64,000 nucleotides of DNA from Desulforapulum autotrophicum (GCA_020723285.1 DYJE01000019.1:15074-79073), one strand, 5' to 3'; positions 20,031 to 31,047 are shown, counted from the first letter of the stretch. The notes: a model not told the origin generated them from the sequence alone. Numbers and translations: made by a program.

Positions 20031-22172
20031 ATGGCATGGAAGGATCTTTCATTCAGAGTCAAACTGATGGCGGGTTTCGGTTTGCTTGTTGTTTTAATGG
20101 TCATCAGCTCCCTGGTGACCGTAACCGGGCTTTCAAACCTCAACAGCACCAGAAAAGCCCTGGCGCGTTCGGTCAGCGTGGAAAAGGAACTGACCCAAAA
20201 AATTGCCGATCACCACATCTGGGTCAACGCGGTGTATTCAGCCCTGATGGATACCACGAAAACACAGCTGGATGTTGAAACCGACGACCACCGCTGCAGG
20301 CTGGGGCAATGGTTGTACGGCAAAGAGCATGAGAAACTGGAGGCCGAGTTGCCAAACGAGGCGGAAGCCTTGAAATCCCTTGAAACCTCCCACCTCGCGC
20401 TCCATGAATCGGCGATAAAAATCAACGCCCTGATCGGCGGAAGAACACCGGAAACAAACGCCGACATCATGACCCAGGTCAACCCGGTCATCACGTCCGA
20501 AACGGTCCCGGCCCTCCGTCAGGTCGAGAGCACCATGGACGCCCTCCTTGCAAAAATCGAGGGCAGGCAGAAGCTGGCCAACGAAACCATCGACCGAATC
20601 CTTCAAAGCACACGAAGAACCGTGATCGCCGTATCATGTGCCGTGTTGTTCGCCGTGATCCTCATCAGCATTTTCATGTCCCGTTATATCCTTTCCCGGA
20701 TCATCTTGCTGAAGGACTACGCAAAAAAAATGTCCGGCGGGGATTTCACCCACACCCTCACATGGGGCCAAAAGGATGAATTCGGTGAACTGGCAGATTC
20801 ACTGAACGTCACGTCGGACAAACTGGGCCGGATGTTTTCCGTCATCACGTCCGAAGTCATCAGCCTTTCTTCATCGTCCAACACCATGTTCACCATTTCC
20901 GGCCAGCTTGAAAAAGGGGTGGTCGAGATGACCGACCGGTCTTTCACCGTGGCCGCCGCCGCCGAGGAAATGAGCAGCAACATGAACACCGTGGCCGCCG
21001 CCAGCGAGGAATCCTCCACCAGCATCACCCTGGTGGCAGCGGCCACGGAGGAAATGTCCTCGTCGGTCACCGACATCGCGGAACACCTGGCCAGGGCACG
21101 GTCCGTGGCCCTGAAAGCGGTGTCCAAATCGGGAACAGCCTCGGAAAAAGTCAACGATCTCGGCGGAGCCGCCGCCGAGATCAGCAAGGTCACGGAAGTC
21201 ATCACGGAAATTTCCGAACAGACCAACCTTCTGGCCCTGAACGCCACCATCGAGGCGGCCAGGGCCGGTGAGGCCGGAAAAGGTTTCGCGGTGGTGGCCA
21301 ATGAAATCAAGGAACTGGCCCGGCAGACCTCCCTGGCCACCCAGGACATCAAGGACAAGGTCAAGGGCATCCAGGACAACACGGCCCAGACCTCCGATGA
21401 AATCAAGGAAATCACCCAGGTCATCCACGATGTGAACGATATCGTGGCCACCATCGCCACCTCGGTGGATGAACAGGCCAAAGCCACCCGTGAAATCGCG
21501 GGCAACGTGTCCCAGGCCGCCACGGGCATTCAGGAAGTCAATGAAAACGTAAGCCAGTGCTCCCTGGTGGCTTCTGAAATCGCGAGGGATATCGCCCATG
21601 TCAACGGCATCGCCAACACCATCAAATCCGGAAGCCGGAATGTCAAGGAAAACGCAGGGGAACTGTCCGACTTTGCACGGAAAGTCAAGGACATGGTGGG
21701 TATCATCAAGCTTCCTGATCCTGGGACCGCCGTGTCCGGCGGCGACCAGGACCTGAAGGACGTCCCGCCGCTGATCGTTTTTGACAGCAGCATCCGGCTG
21801 GGCCTTGGCGACATCGACAAACAGCATGAAAAACTTGTGAACCTCATCAACCAGCTTCACCGGATCATGAAACTGAAGATGGGACACACACGGGCCGCCG
21901 CCATCCTGGAAGAACTGGCCAATTACACCACCACCCATTTCGCCTTCGAAGAAAAAATCATGCAGGAACACCAGTACGAGGGCCTTGCGGACCACCGTCA
22001 CAAACACAAGGACCTGCTTGAAAAGGTCGTGGATTTCAAGACCCGTTTCGACAGCGGCAATGCCATGCTGACCATGGATCTCATGGATTTTCTCAAAGAC
22101 TGGCTTGTGAACCACATCCAGGGAACGGACCGGAAATACGCCCCTTTTTTTAAAAGTAAAGGGATATCCTAA
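20031..22172 (+). CDS. Methyl-accepting chemotaxis protein with N-terminal CZB-like zinc-binding domain and C-terminal hemerythrin domain
   Basis: Two TM helices, HAMP, and the MCP signalling hairpin ([28 protein letters not shown]). CZB signature DHHIW...[11 protein letters not shown]...SHLALHES lies between the TMs. C-terminal hemerythrin motifs HFAFEE...HRHKHKDLL...[14 protein letters not shown]. Confidence 0.85.
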   Translation: MAWKDLSFRVKLMAGFGLLVVLMVISSLVTVTGLSNLNSTRKALARSVSVEKELTQKIADHHIWVNAVYSALMDTTKTQLDVETDDHRCRLGQWLYGKEHEKLEAELPNEAEALKSLETSHLALHESAIKINALIGGRTPETNADIMTQVNPVITSETVPALRQVESTMDALLAKIEGRQKLANETIDRILQSTRRTVIAVSCAVLFAVILISIFMSRYILSRIILLKDYAKKMSGGDFTHTLTWGQKDEFGELADSLNVTSDKLGRMFSVITSEVISLSSSSNTMFTISGQLEKGVVEMTDRSFTVAAAAEEMSSNMNTVAAASEESSTSITLVAAATEEMSSSVTDIAEHLARARSVALKAVSKSGTASEKVNDLGGAAAEISKVTEVITEISEQTNLLALNATIEAARAGEAGKGFAVVANEIKELARQTSLATQDIKDKVKGIQDNTAQTSDEIKEITQVIHDVNDIVATIATSVDEQAKATREIAGNVSQAATGIQEVNENVSQCSLVASEIARDIAHVNGIANTIKSGSRNVKENAGELSDFARKVKDMVGIIKLPDPGTAVSGGDQDLKDVPPLIVFDSSIRLGLGDIDKQHEKLVNLINQLHRIMKLKMGHTRAAAILEELANYTTTHFAFEEKIMQEHQYEGLADHRHKHKDLLEKVVDFKTRFDSGNAMLTMDLMDFLKDWLVNHIQGTDRKYAPFFKSKGIS

Positions 22173-22238
22173 ACTCTGACGACGCGGGATCGACATCGTT
22201 CCCGATGGGCGAAAACGAAAATGATCGAGGAAAAAAAC

Positions 22239-22655
22239 ATGAGAATTCTTGTCGTTGACGATGACGTGACCAGCCAGACCGTCATGATGAAAACACTGTG
22301 TGAATTTGGCGAGTGCGTGGCCGCCAGCTCCGGCGAAGAAGCCATGGCGGAATTCAACCATGCCTACGATATCGGTTCACCCTTTGATCTGATCTCCCTG
22401 GATATCAGTCTGCCCGACGCATCCGGCATCGACGTGCTCAAAACCATCCGGGCCGTTGAAAAAGCCAGGACGGTCAGCCGGGATCGCGGTTCCAGGGTCA
22501 TCATGGTCAGCTCGTTTTCGGACCACAACCGCGTCATCGGAAGTGTTCAGGCGGGATGCGATCATTTTATCGTCAAGCCGTTTGACCGGGCTTCGCTGCT
22601 TGAAAAAATCAGCCAGATCTGCGGGTTGCCCCTTAAAATAAAAAAAACGATATAG
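22239..22655 (+). CDS. CheY-like single-domain response regulator
   Basis: ILVVDDD, SLDISLPD and KPF. RBS GAGGA precedes the ATG at 22239. The track ORF starts at 22221. Confidence 0.8.
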   Translation: MRILVVDDDVTSQTVMMKTLCEFGECVAASSGEEAMAEFNHAYDIGSPFDLISLDISLPDASGIDVLKTIRAVEKARTVSRDRGSRVIMVSSFSDHNRVIGSVQAGCDHFIVKPFDRASLLEKISQICGLPLKIKKTI

Positions 22656-22681
22656 TACGTTCGTGAAGCCCCAAAGGAGTT

Positions 22682-23077
22682 ATGTTACCGATGTTCATCC
22701 TGATTGTTGACGATTCATTACCTATGCGGAAAGTCATTAAAAAAACAACCGTGGCCGCAGGATTTTCAAGTGCAACCTTTGCTGAGGCTGCCAACGGTTC
22801 AGAAGCTATGAACATCCTCAAGACCCAAAAGATTGACATGCTGATAACCGGTCACAACATGCCCAGGATGAAGGGCCTTGAACTGGTGACCTGGATGAAA
22901 GCTGATTCATCGTTAAATGCCATTCCCGTTATCGTTGTCACGGCCGAAGGAAGCCGCGAAAGACTAAAGGAATTCATGAACCTGGCTATAGAGGGTTATC
23001 TACTTAAACCGTTCACCCCGGAAAAACTCTGCCAGGCCATCATTCCATGTTGCAATCAAAAGGTAAATTTATCATGA
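22682..23077 (+). CDS. CheY-like receiver with Gly at the phospho-acceptor position
   Basis: IVDDS, VVTAEG and LLKPF are conserved, but the DWNMP-type motif reads TGHNMP (residue 57 is Gly, codon 22850-22852). Confidence 0.75.
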   Translation: MLPMFILIVDDSLPMRKVIKKTTVAAGFSSATFAEAANGSEAMNILKTQKIDMLITGHNMPRMKGLELVTWMKADSSLNAIPVIVVTAEGSRERLKEFMNLAIEGYLLKPFTPEKLCQAIIPCCNQKVNLS

Positions 23078-24444
23078 ACATGGATTATAAACTGCTATCC
23101 GATCAATTTGAATCCATCCTGGATCATCTGCCTGCCCTTGTTTTCTACAAAGACAGGGAAAACCGGTTTATCCATGTCAACCAATATGTTGCCGATGCAT
23201 ACAATCGGCCGAAGCATGATCTCAAAGGCGTCAGCCTCTTTGATCTCACATCCCGGGAAGAAGCGGAAAAATACCATAGGGATGATCTGGAGGTCATGGA
23301 AAAGGGTATTGCAAAACTGAACATCGAAGAACCCTGGAATACCCGGAACGGATTGCGCTGGGTTTGCACCAGTAAAATCCCTTTTGTTGATGATCACGGA
23401 AAAATTATTGGTGTGATAGGCATTTCCACGGACATTACCGAGCGGAAAAGGGCCGATGAGCGGATCAAGGAATTGATCCACAAGCTTGCCGTGGATAAGG
23501 ATTTCGCCGAAAAAAATTCCTTAACAGACAGCCTGACCCGCATTCCGAACCGCCGACATTTCGACGAGCGGCTGGCCCGGGAATTTTTCAGGATCAAGCG
23601 AACCGGCGGTTTGCTGTCGCTGATCATCATCGACATCGACCATTTTAAAAAATACAACGATTTTTACGGACACCTTGCGGGAGACGAGTGCCTGTTCCGT
23701 GTGGCCACAGCCATCAAATCCGCCGTGTTCAGGCCCTCGGATTTTTCCGCCCGATACGGCGGAGAAGAATTTGTGGCGCTCCTGCCGGATACGGACGGTG
23801 AAGGCGCCCAAGTCATCGCAGACCGTATCCTCAAGGATGTCGTGGCTCTGAACATTCCCCATGAACATTCGGATCACGCGGCATGCGTCACGGTGAGCCT
23901 TGGAATCGCCACTGCCCGTCCGGATCACTTATCGACTCCGGAAAGCCTGGTCCTCCGCGCGGACAAGGCCCTGTACGAAGCGAAAAAAAACGGGCGAAAC
24001 CGCTACGCCGTGGGGGGTTATGAAACTAACGCGTCCTCTGAAGACCAGGGCTTCATGAACCTTGTGTGGCACAACAGCAACAAGTGCGGAAACCCCATCA
24101 TCGACAGCCAGCATGAAAACCTCTATAAACTGTCCAACAGACTGATCTATTTCATCAGCAACGGAAAAGAAAAAACCCAGTGCTCCACGCTGTTGAAAAA
24201 CCTGCTGCACGATATCCAGCGTCATTTCCAGGACGAAGAAACCCTTCTCGACAGCGTCCGCTATCCCCTTACGGAAGAGCACCGGCATATTCATGGAAAA
24301 CTTCTGACCGGAGCTCATCGCCTGATTGACGCATTCAACAGCGATGAACTGAAAATCGAAGACCTGATCAAATACATCGCAGTGGACGTGATTCTCGAAC
24401 ATCTGATCATCGAGGATAAAAAATATTTTCACTTTCTGGAATGA
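23074..24444 (+). CDS. PAS-GGDEF diguanylate cyclase with C-terminal hemerythrin-like domain
   Basis: GGEEF active site with the RPSD I-site 5 residues upstream. The C-terminus has QHENL...HFQDEE...EHRHIHGKL...EHLIIEDKKY. ATGA overlap with the preceding gene. Confidence 0.85.
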   Translation: MNMDYKLLSDQFESILDHLPALVFYKDRENRFIHVNQYVADAYNRPKHDLKGVSLFDLTSREEAEKYHRDDLEVMEKGIAKLNIEEPWNTRNGLRWVCTSKIPFVDDHGKIIGVIGISTDITERKRADERIKELIHKLAVDKDFAEKNSLTDSLTRIPNRRHFDERLAREFFRIKRTGGLLSLIIIDIDHFKKYNDFYGHLAGDECLFRVATAIKSAVFRPSDFSARYGGEEFVALLPDTDGEGAQVIADRILKDVVALNIPHEHSDHAACVTVSLGIATARPDHLSTPESLVLRADKALYEAKKNGRNRYAVGGYETNASSEDQGFMNLVWHNSNKCGNPIIDSQHENLYKLSNRLIYFISNGKEKTQCSTLLKNLLHDIQRHFQDEETLLDSVRYPLTEEHRHIHGKLLTGAHRLIDAFNSDELKIEDLIKYIAVDVILEHLIIEDKKYFHFLE

Positions 24445-24456
24445 GGTGAAACCGCC

Positions 24457-25497
24457 ATGAAAAAAGGAACCTTGACCTTATCCGATTTCAGACCTTTTTT
24501 GATGCTCGTTGCCGGATGGGCGGGTTTGTGTGTTGCCGGGTGTTCAGGAAACGTGGAACAGCGGGCTCCCGCAGACCGGGTCGTTCTCCAGCTCAAATGG
24601 AGCCATCAGGCCCAGTTCGCCGGTTTTTACACAGCCAGCGCCAAAGGGTTTTACCGCGAGGAGGGCATCGACCCTGTTTTCCTGGAAGGCGGGGCCGGTG
24701 TGGACAGCACAGCAGCGCTTCAGTCCGGCAAGGCTCAGTTCGCGGTGCTTGCCCCCGAGCAGATCCTGATCGGACACACGGAAAACATCTCACTTACCGC
24801 CATTTCGGTGATCTTCCGGAAAAGCGCGGTGGTGTACGTGGCCCATGCCGGTTCAGGCATCGTCCGGCCTTCGGATTTCCTTGGGAAAACCGTGGCGTGC
24901 CGGGATGTGGCGGGATCGGTGAAAGATTTCGAATTCCAGTTTTTTGCCATGATGAACATCCTTAAACTGCCCCTCAACACAGTGCGCATGGTTCCTTTTG
25001 AATACGATCACCAGGGATTTATCGACACGTCTGTCGACGTGACCCCAACGTATTCCATCAACGGTGCCATCAAACTGAAACGCAAGGGACTGAAGCTTCA
25101 GATGATCTGGCCCGACGACTACGGGGTTCACTGTTTTTCCGACACTCTGGCCGCCATGCCGGACGTTCTTGAAAAAAACCCCGACCTGGTCTACCGCTTC
25201 CTGAAAGCGTCGTTAAGGGGCTGGCGATACGCCCTGGGCAACCCCGATGAAGCGGTGGATATCACCATGGCCTATGTCAGAAACAAGGACCGGTCGTTCC
25301 AGGCCGAGATGATGGAGGCCTTAGCCCCCCTGGTGCACACCGGAGAAGACCACATCGGCTGGATGCGTGAAAAAGACTGGACCGACTTTATCCGCTTGCT
25401 TGAAAAACAGAAGGTTCTTAAAAAAGCCATCGCCGATCCGAAACAGGTGTACACCCTGCGTTTCCTGGAACAGATATACAAAGGAACAAAACCATGA
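24457..25497 (+). CDS. Periplasmic substrate-binding lipoprotein (NMT1/THI5-like, NitT/TauT-type SBP)
   Basis: Lipobox LCVAGCSG and SBP-like sequence. ATGA overlap with the downstream kinase gene. Confidence 0.65.
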   Translation: MKKGTLTLSDFRPFLMLVAGWAGLCVAGCSGNVEQRAPADRVVLQLKWSHQAQFAGFYTASAKGFYREEGIDPVFLEGGAGVDSTAALQSGKAQFAVLAPEQILIGHTENISLTAISVIFRKSAVVYVAHAGSGIVRPSDFLGKTVACRDVAGSVKDFEFQFFAMMNILKLPLNTVRMVPFEYDHQGFIDTSVDVTPTYSINGAIKLKRKGLKLQMIWPDDYGVHCFSDTLAAMPDVLEKNPDLVYRFLKASLRGWRYALGNPDEAVDITMAYVRNKDRSFQAEMMEALAPLVHTGEDHIGWMREKDWTDFIRLLEKQKVLKKAIADPKQVYTLRFLEQIYKGTKP

Positions 25498-27377
25498 GCC
25501 TCATGAGCAAATTCCTGACCGTTCTCATGGCCGTGTCCCTTGTCCCGGTCCTGGCCTTGGCTTATCTGGCGTACCGCAACAGCCGGGCCGCCATGGAATT
25601 TTCCAGCATCAGCCATCTCACTGCCGTGAACCAGATGAAAAAAACAGCCATCGAAACCTGGATCGACGAAAACAGAAACACCCTTGAAATTCTGGCGAAC
25701 AACCCCTACTTCAAAACACATTTCACACACATGATGGACCATCATAGCTGCGGCGGTTCAATCCATGCCCGACAGCACGCCTGCATCTGCACCGGGTATT
25801 TCAACCCTGTGCTTCAAAACAAGATCTTCACGGAACTGTTCGTCATCCGTGTCCCTGACGGCCTGGTCCTCGTGGCCAGCGACCCGTCGCAGCTGGGGAA
25901 GTATTTTGAGAACAGGCCGTTTTTCATCGAAGGCATGAAAGGAACATTCATCCAGAATATCCACTACTCCCTAACTCTGCAACAGTCCACCATGGTGGTC
26001 AGCACACCCCTCAAAGATCAGCAGGAAAAACCTGCGGCCGTTCTTGCAGGCCGGGTCAACCTGGACCGCTTGTGCACCATCATGGAAAAAACCACAGGCC
26101 TCATCCGCAGCGAGGACACCTATCTCGTCAATTCCTTCAATTACTTCGTCACCGAGCCCCGGTTCAAAAAAGGATACGCCCTTCGTAAATCCACCTACAC
26201 ACTGGGTGTAACCCGCGCCCTTTCCGGACAGTCGGGCACCGCTTTCTATCCGAATTACAGAGGGGTTCCGGTCATCGGGGTGTACACATGGCTCCCTGAA
26301 CGGCAGCTGGCCCTGATCACGGAAATGGACCAGCATGAAGCGTTCGAACCCATCAGAGCCCTTCAGGCAAGCATGGCTTCGGTCTGCCTTGCGGTGATGG
26401 CGGCGGTCATCGGCATCAGCTGGCTGGCCTCCAGATCCCTCACACGGCCCCTTGAACGTCTCAGCCGGTCCATCCAGCGCATGGGCCAGGGTCACCTTGA
26501 CATCCCTGTGGAACAAACCACGAAAGACGAAATCGGAAAACTGGCACGGGCTTTTGCCCGGATGGCCTTTGACCTGAAAACCATCATGGTGTCCAAAGAA
26601 TCCCTTGAGCAGGAAATCGTTGAACGGAAAAAAACAGAACAAAAACTGAACGCCGTGCGAACCGACCTGGAACGTTCCAACAGGGACCTGGAACAATTCG
26701 CCCATGTGGCGTCCCACGATCTCAAGGAGCCGTTACGCATGGTGAAAAGCTATCTGGAACTCCTCCGGGAAACCCTTTCACCGCCCCTTGACGAACCCCT
26801 TGAAACCTGTATCCGTTTTGCCATGGACGGAGCGGTGCGCATGGAACAAATGATCGGAGATCTGTTAAGCTTTTCAAAAGTGGGGTCACACGGCGTGGAC
26901 CTGCCATGGGTTTCCGCTGAAGAAGCCCTTGAAACGGCAAAAATGAACCTTCAGATCGCCATCCTGGAATCTTCGGCCCGGATCACCAGCGATCCCATGC
27001 CCAAGGTCTATGCGGACAGCATACAGCTTGTCCAGATTTTCCAGAATCTTCTGGCCAACGCCATCACGTTTTCAGAAGGTCCGCCCCGCATTCACGTCTC
27101 CGCCGTAACACAAGAAAACCTGTGCCGGTTTTCCGTGAAAGACAACGGCATCGGCATCGATCCCAGACACAGGGACCGCATCTTCAATATTTTCCACCGG
27201 CTCCACAGCCGGGATAAATACCCTGGAACGGGCATCGGCCTGGCCCTGTGCCGCCGTATCGTCGAGCGGCATGGGGGACACATCTGGTTCGAATCCAAAC
27301 CGGGTGAAGGGACCGAGTTTTTTTTCACGCTTAGAATCTGCGCAAAGGGATTTGAAGGACAAGGAGGCCCGAAATGA
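25494..27377 (+). CDS. Sensor histidine kinase (periplasmic Cache-like domain, HAMP, HisKA, HATPase)
   Basis: Two TMs, HAMP, H-box FAHVASHDLKEPLR, and N/G boxes (QNLLANAITF, GTGIGLALC). Confidence 0.85.
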   Translation: MSLMSKFLTVLMAVSLVPVLALAYLAYRNSRAAMEFSSISHLTAVNQMKKTAIETWIDENRNTLEILANNPYFKTHFTHMMDHHSCGGSIHARQHACICTGYFNPVLQNKIFTELFVIRVPDGLVLVASDPSQLGKYFENRPFFIEGMKGTFIQNIHYSLTLQQSTMVVSTPLKDQQEKPAAVLAGRVNLDRLCTIMEKTTGLIRSEDTYLVNSFNYFVTEPRFKKGYALRKSTYTLGVTRALSGQSGTAFYPNYRGVPVIGVYTWLPERQLALITEMDQHEAFEPIRALQASMASVCLAVMAAVIGISWLASRSLTRPLERLSRSIQRMGQGHLDIPVEQTTKDEIGKLARAFARMAFDLKTIMVSKESLEQEIVERKKTEQKLNAVRTDLERSNRDLEQFAHVASHDLKEPLRMVKSYLELLRETLSPPLDEPLETCIRFAMDGAVRMEQMIGDLLSFSKVGSHGVDLPWVSAEEALETAKMNLQIAILESSARITSDPMPKVYADSIQLVQIFQNLLANAITFSEGPPRIHVSAVTQENLCRFSVKDNGIGIDPRHRDRIFNIFHRLHSRDKYPGTGIGLALCRRIVERHGGHIWFESKPGEGTEFFFTLRICAKGFEGQGGPK

Positions 27378-29689
27378 GCGACAATATAAAAACCATCCTG
27401 ATGGTGGAGGACAACCCGGGGGATGTCTACCTGTTCAAGGAAATCATCCATCGATACAGGCCCGGTAGCTTTCGGCTTGTGTCGTCGGAACGTCTCGACG
27501 ACGGCCTTTTCCTTCTTGAAAAAGAAATGGTGGACCTGATCATCCTGGACATGAACCTGCCGGACAGCCAGGGCATGGAAACCGTTCACGCCGTCAAGGA
27601 AAAAGCGCCGGATGTCGCCCTGGTGGTGGTTACAGGGGACGAGGACGAGCAGCTGGGTATCGATGCCGTCAAACACGGGGCTCAGGATTTTCTGGTGAAA
27701 GGCAGGGTCCCCGGTTTTGTCCTGATCCGAGTCATCGATTACGCCATGGAGCGGCAGGCCTCCGAGCGGCGTTTGAAGGAATCGGAGATGTTCCTCCGTT
27801 CCACCCTGGACGCTCTGACCTCCCATATCGCCATCATCGACGACCGGGGAACCATTCTGGCCGTGAACAAAGCCTGGGAAAACTTCGCACGGGACAACCA
27901 GGCGGACCTGTCCAAAGTCTGTGCGGGAGCCAACTATTTCGCCGCCTGTTCCGAAATCCATGGCGATGAATCCATGCGGGTCGCCGAATTCCTTGAAGGG
28001 ATGCGGTCGGTGCTGGCAGGAGAGACCGAGAGTTTTTCCCTTGAATACCCCTGCCACAGCCCTTTCGAAAAACGCTGGTTTTTCTGCCGCATCACCCCGT
28101 TTCCCAAACCGGGTCCGCCCTGTGTGGTGGTGTCCCATGCCAACATCACCGAACGGAAACTGGCGGAAGAAGCGCTCAAGAATTCGGAACTCAAACTGCG
28201 GACCATACTGGACGCCCTGACCCTTCAGATCGTGTTCATCGGCCTTGACCACCGGATCATCTGGGCCAATCAGGCCTTTTGCGATTTCACCCGCCATACC
28301 CGCGACGTCCTCACAGAGCGGAACTGTTTCGATTTCTGGGAGGGTCAGAGCGAACGCTGCGACGAATGCGCCGTGAACCAGGCCCTTGCCGAGGGACGGG
28401 CGGTGATGAAAACCAAAAAAACCGACGACGGTCGGATCTGGAACGTCATCGGATGCCCGGTGCGTGACCAGGACGGTCGCATCACCAGCATGGTGGAAGT
28501 CCGTGAAGACATCACGGAAAAAATCTCCATCGAGGAACAGCTCCACCATTCCCAGAAAATGGATGCCGTGGGACGTCTGGCCGGTGGCGTGGCCCACGAT
28601 TTCAACAACATGCTCAGCATCATCATCGGTTTCGCCGAACTGTCCCGGGGCTGCATGGATACCGGAAATCCCCTGACGGAAAACATCAACGAAATCCTTT
28701 ACGCTGCCCGGCGTTCCGCGGATCTCACCCGTCATCTCCTGGCCTTCGCGCGCAAGCAGCCTGTGGCACCCAAAATTCTCGACCTGAACCTGGTCATCGA
28801 GAACAGCCGGAAAATGCTTCAGCGTCTGGTGGGGGAGGATATCGACATCCGTTTCGTTCCCTCCGACACCGTGTGGACCGTTTTCATGGACCCCTCCCAG
28901 GTGGACCAGATTCTCACCAACCTGGCTGTAAACGCCCGGGATGCCATCACCGGCCCAGGAACGATCGTCATCGAAACCCGGAATATCCTCATCGATGGAG
29001 CTTACTGCAAAACCCATGTCTATGCCAAACCCGGACTGTATGTGATGATCCGGTTCAGCGACAACGGAAAGGGCATGGATGAAGAAACACGGTCCCGTGT
29101 TTTCGAGCCTTTTTTCACCACCAAACCCCTGGGCGAAGGCACAGGACTGGGCCTGTCCACCGTTTTCGGGATCATCAAGCAGAACCACGGCATGATCAAC
29201 GTGTACAGCGAACCGGGCCATGGAACCACCTTCCGTCTGTACCTTCCGCAGCACAGGGATTCCCTGAAGGACGACACGGAAGATGAAATCACCAGCCTTT
29301 ATCCCCGGGGGCATGAGACGCTCCTGGTGGTGGAGGATGAAAAAAAGATCCTGAAGCTCTGCAAACACCTTCTCCGTGATCTGGGCTACCGTGTCTTCTG
29401 TTTTTCATCCCCCGGCAAAGCGGTGCGTTACCTTGAAAACCACCCCGTACCTTTTGCCCTTCTCCTCAGCGACGTGGTGATGCCCGGCATGAACGGCGAT
29501 GAACTCCGAATCCATGTGGAACGGAAACGGCCCGGCATCCGGACCGTGTTCATGTCCGGTTACACCCACAACGTCATCGCTCAGCGCGGGGTGCTCCCCC
29601 ATGAAGCCGATTTCATTGAAAAACCGTTCACGACATTTGAACTTGCAACAAAAATCAGGACAGTTCTCGACACGGACGAATCCCCCTGA
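27374..29689 (+). CDS. Hybrid sensor kinase: receiver - 2x PAS - HisKA - HATPase - receiver
   Basis: N-terminal LMVEDNPGD...ILDMNLPD, H-box GGVAHDFNNML, GTGLGLS, and C-terminal LLSDVVMPGMNG receiver. Confidence 0.85.
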   Translation: MSDNIKTILMVEDNPGDVYLFKEIIHRYRPGSFRLVSSERLDDGLFLLEKEMVDLIILDMNLPDSQGMETVHAVKEKAPDVALVVVTGDEDEQLGIDAVKHGAQDFLVKGRVPGFVLIRVIDYAMERQASERRLKESEMFLRSTLDALTSHIAIIDDRGTILAVNKAWENFARDNQADLSKVCAGANYFAACSEIHGDESMRVAEFLEGMRSVLAGETESFSLEYPCHSPFEKRWFFCRITPFPKPGPPCVVVSHANITERKLAEEALKNSELKLRTILDALTLQIVFIGLDHRIIWANQAFCDFTRHTRDVLTERNCFDFWEGQSERCDECAVNQALAEGRAVMKTKKTDDGRIWNVIGCPVRDQDGRITSMVEVREDITEKISIEEQLHHSQKMDAVGRLAGGVAHDFNNMLSIIIGFAELSRGCMDTGNPLTENINEILYAARRSADLTRHLLAFARKQPVAPKILDLNLVIENSRKMLQRLVGEDIDIRFVPSDTVWTVFMDPSQVDQILTNLAVNARDAITGPGTIVIETRNILIDGAYCKTHVYAKPGLYVMIRFSDNGKGMDEETRSRVFEPFFTTKPLGEGTGLGLSTVFGIIKQNHGMINVYSEPGHGTTFRLYLPQHRDSLKDDTEDEITSLYPRGHETLLVVEDEKKILKLCKHLLRDLGYRVFCFSSPGKAVRYLENHPVPFALLLSDVVMPGMNGDELRIHVERKRPGIRTVFMSGYTHNVIAQRGVLPHEADFIEKPFTTFELATKIRTVLDTDESP

Positions 29690-29763
29690 AATCAGGGGAA
29701 AAAACAGGCCCGAAATCCTCGGGGTTGACGACGAAAAAACCATAACCTCAGCGGTAAAAAGCC

Positions 29764-31005
29764 ATGAATACGATAAAAATCGTTTTTGCAGATGACGACA
29801 GCAGCGCACGAAAACTGGTTTTGAAATTATTATCCGATCTGGATTTCAATGTTCTCATCGCTGAAAACGGTGTTGAAGCATGGAAGCTCCTCAAGGCCTC
29901 GGGTGCCCGGATTCTGGTGACCGACTGGGAAATGCCCGGCCTTTCAGGCCTGGATCTGTGCCGGAAAATCCGATCGGAATCTGTGGATTCCTATGTTTAC
30001 ATCATTCTCGTGGCTGCCAAAGCCAAGACAGAGGCCAGTATCGAAGGGCTGAAAGCCGGGGCCGACGACTTTCTCGTCAAGCCTCTGGATGTGGGAGAGC
30101 TGAAGGCCCGGTTGCGGACGGGAATGCGAATCATCAAACTGGAAGACCAGTACAAGAAGGCCAGCGTCCAGCTTCTCCATGCTGAAAAAATGGCGTCCGT
30201 GGGGCAGCTTGCTGCGGGCGTTGCCCATGAAATCAACAACCCCGCCGGATTTGTGAGCAGCAATCTGAAAACCCTTTCCGGATATCAGAAAGACTTCATG
30301 GCTTTGATCCGTATATACAAACAATTTTCTGAACAGGTCAAGCCCAGGCTTCAAATGGAAAAAAACGACCCGGCGTGGGACGCTTATCTGGAGATCACCA
30401 CGTTTGAAAAAGACATCGACCTGGACTACCTGATAACCGATACCGAAGATCTGATGAAGGAATCCAGCGAGGGGCTTGAACGGATCAAAAAGATCGTCTC
30501 GGACCTGAAAGACTTCGCCCATCCCGGTGAAGACACCATGCAGGAGGCGGATGTCAACGCCTGTATCGAATCCACGCTGAATGTGATCAAAAATGAAATC
30601 AAGTACAAGGCTGTCGTCATCAAAAACTTTGGAGAACTCCCCCCCCTGGTCTGTTATCCCCAGCAGCTTAACCAGGTGTTCCTGAACATGGTCATCAATT
30701 CGGTCCATGCTATGACGGTTCCTATGGGTGAAATCGTCATCACCACGGATGTCGTCCCCCAAGGCATCCGCATCCGCATCAAAGACAACGGAAGCGGTAT
30801 TGAAAAAAAGAACCAGTCAAGAATTTTCGATCCGTTTTTTACAACCAAGCCCGTGGGTAAGGGAACCGGGCTTGGAATGAATGTGGTTTACAACATCATT
30901 AAAAAACATCATGGAAGCATTGATCTCTGGAGTGAAGCGGGCTTAGGAACCGAATTCACCATCATCCTTCCCGTTTCCCGAGACAACGGAAAAGCGGATT
31001 TTTAA
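29764..31005 (+). CDS. Response-regulator receiver fused to histidine kinase
   Basis: VTDWEMPGLSG receiver, H-box GVAHEINNP, and GTGLGMNVV G-box. Confidence 0.85.
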   Translation: MNTIKIVFADDDSSARKLVLKLLSDLDFNVLIAENGVEAWKLLKASGARILVTDWEMPGLSGLDLCRKIRSESVDSYVYIILVAAKAKTEASIEGLKAGADDFLVKPLDVGELKARLRTGMRIIKLEDQYKKASVQLLHAEKMASVGQLAAGVAHEINNPAGFVSSNLKTLSGYQKDFMALIRIYKQFSEQVKPRLQMEKNDPAWDAYLEITTFEKDIDLDYLITDTEDLMKESSEGLERIKKIVSDLKDFAHPGEDTMQEADVNACIESTLNVIKNEIKYKAVVIKNFGELPPLVCYPQQLNQVFLNMVINSVHAMTVPMGEIVITTDVVPQGIRIRIKDNGSGIEKKNQSRIFDPFFTTKPVGKGTGLGMNVVYNIIKKHHGSIDLWSEAGLGTEFTIILPVSRDNGKADF

Positions 31006-31047
31006 TGCCAGGTGGCTACCCTGAATCAAGCGCAAAGAGAGGTTTCT

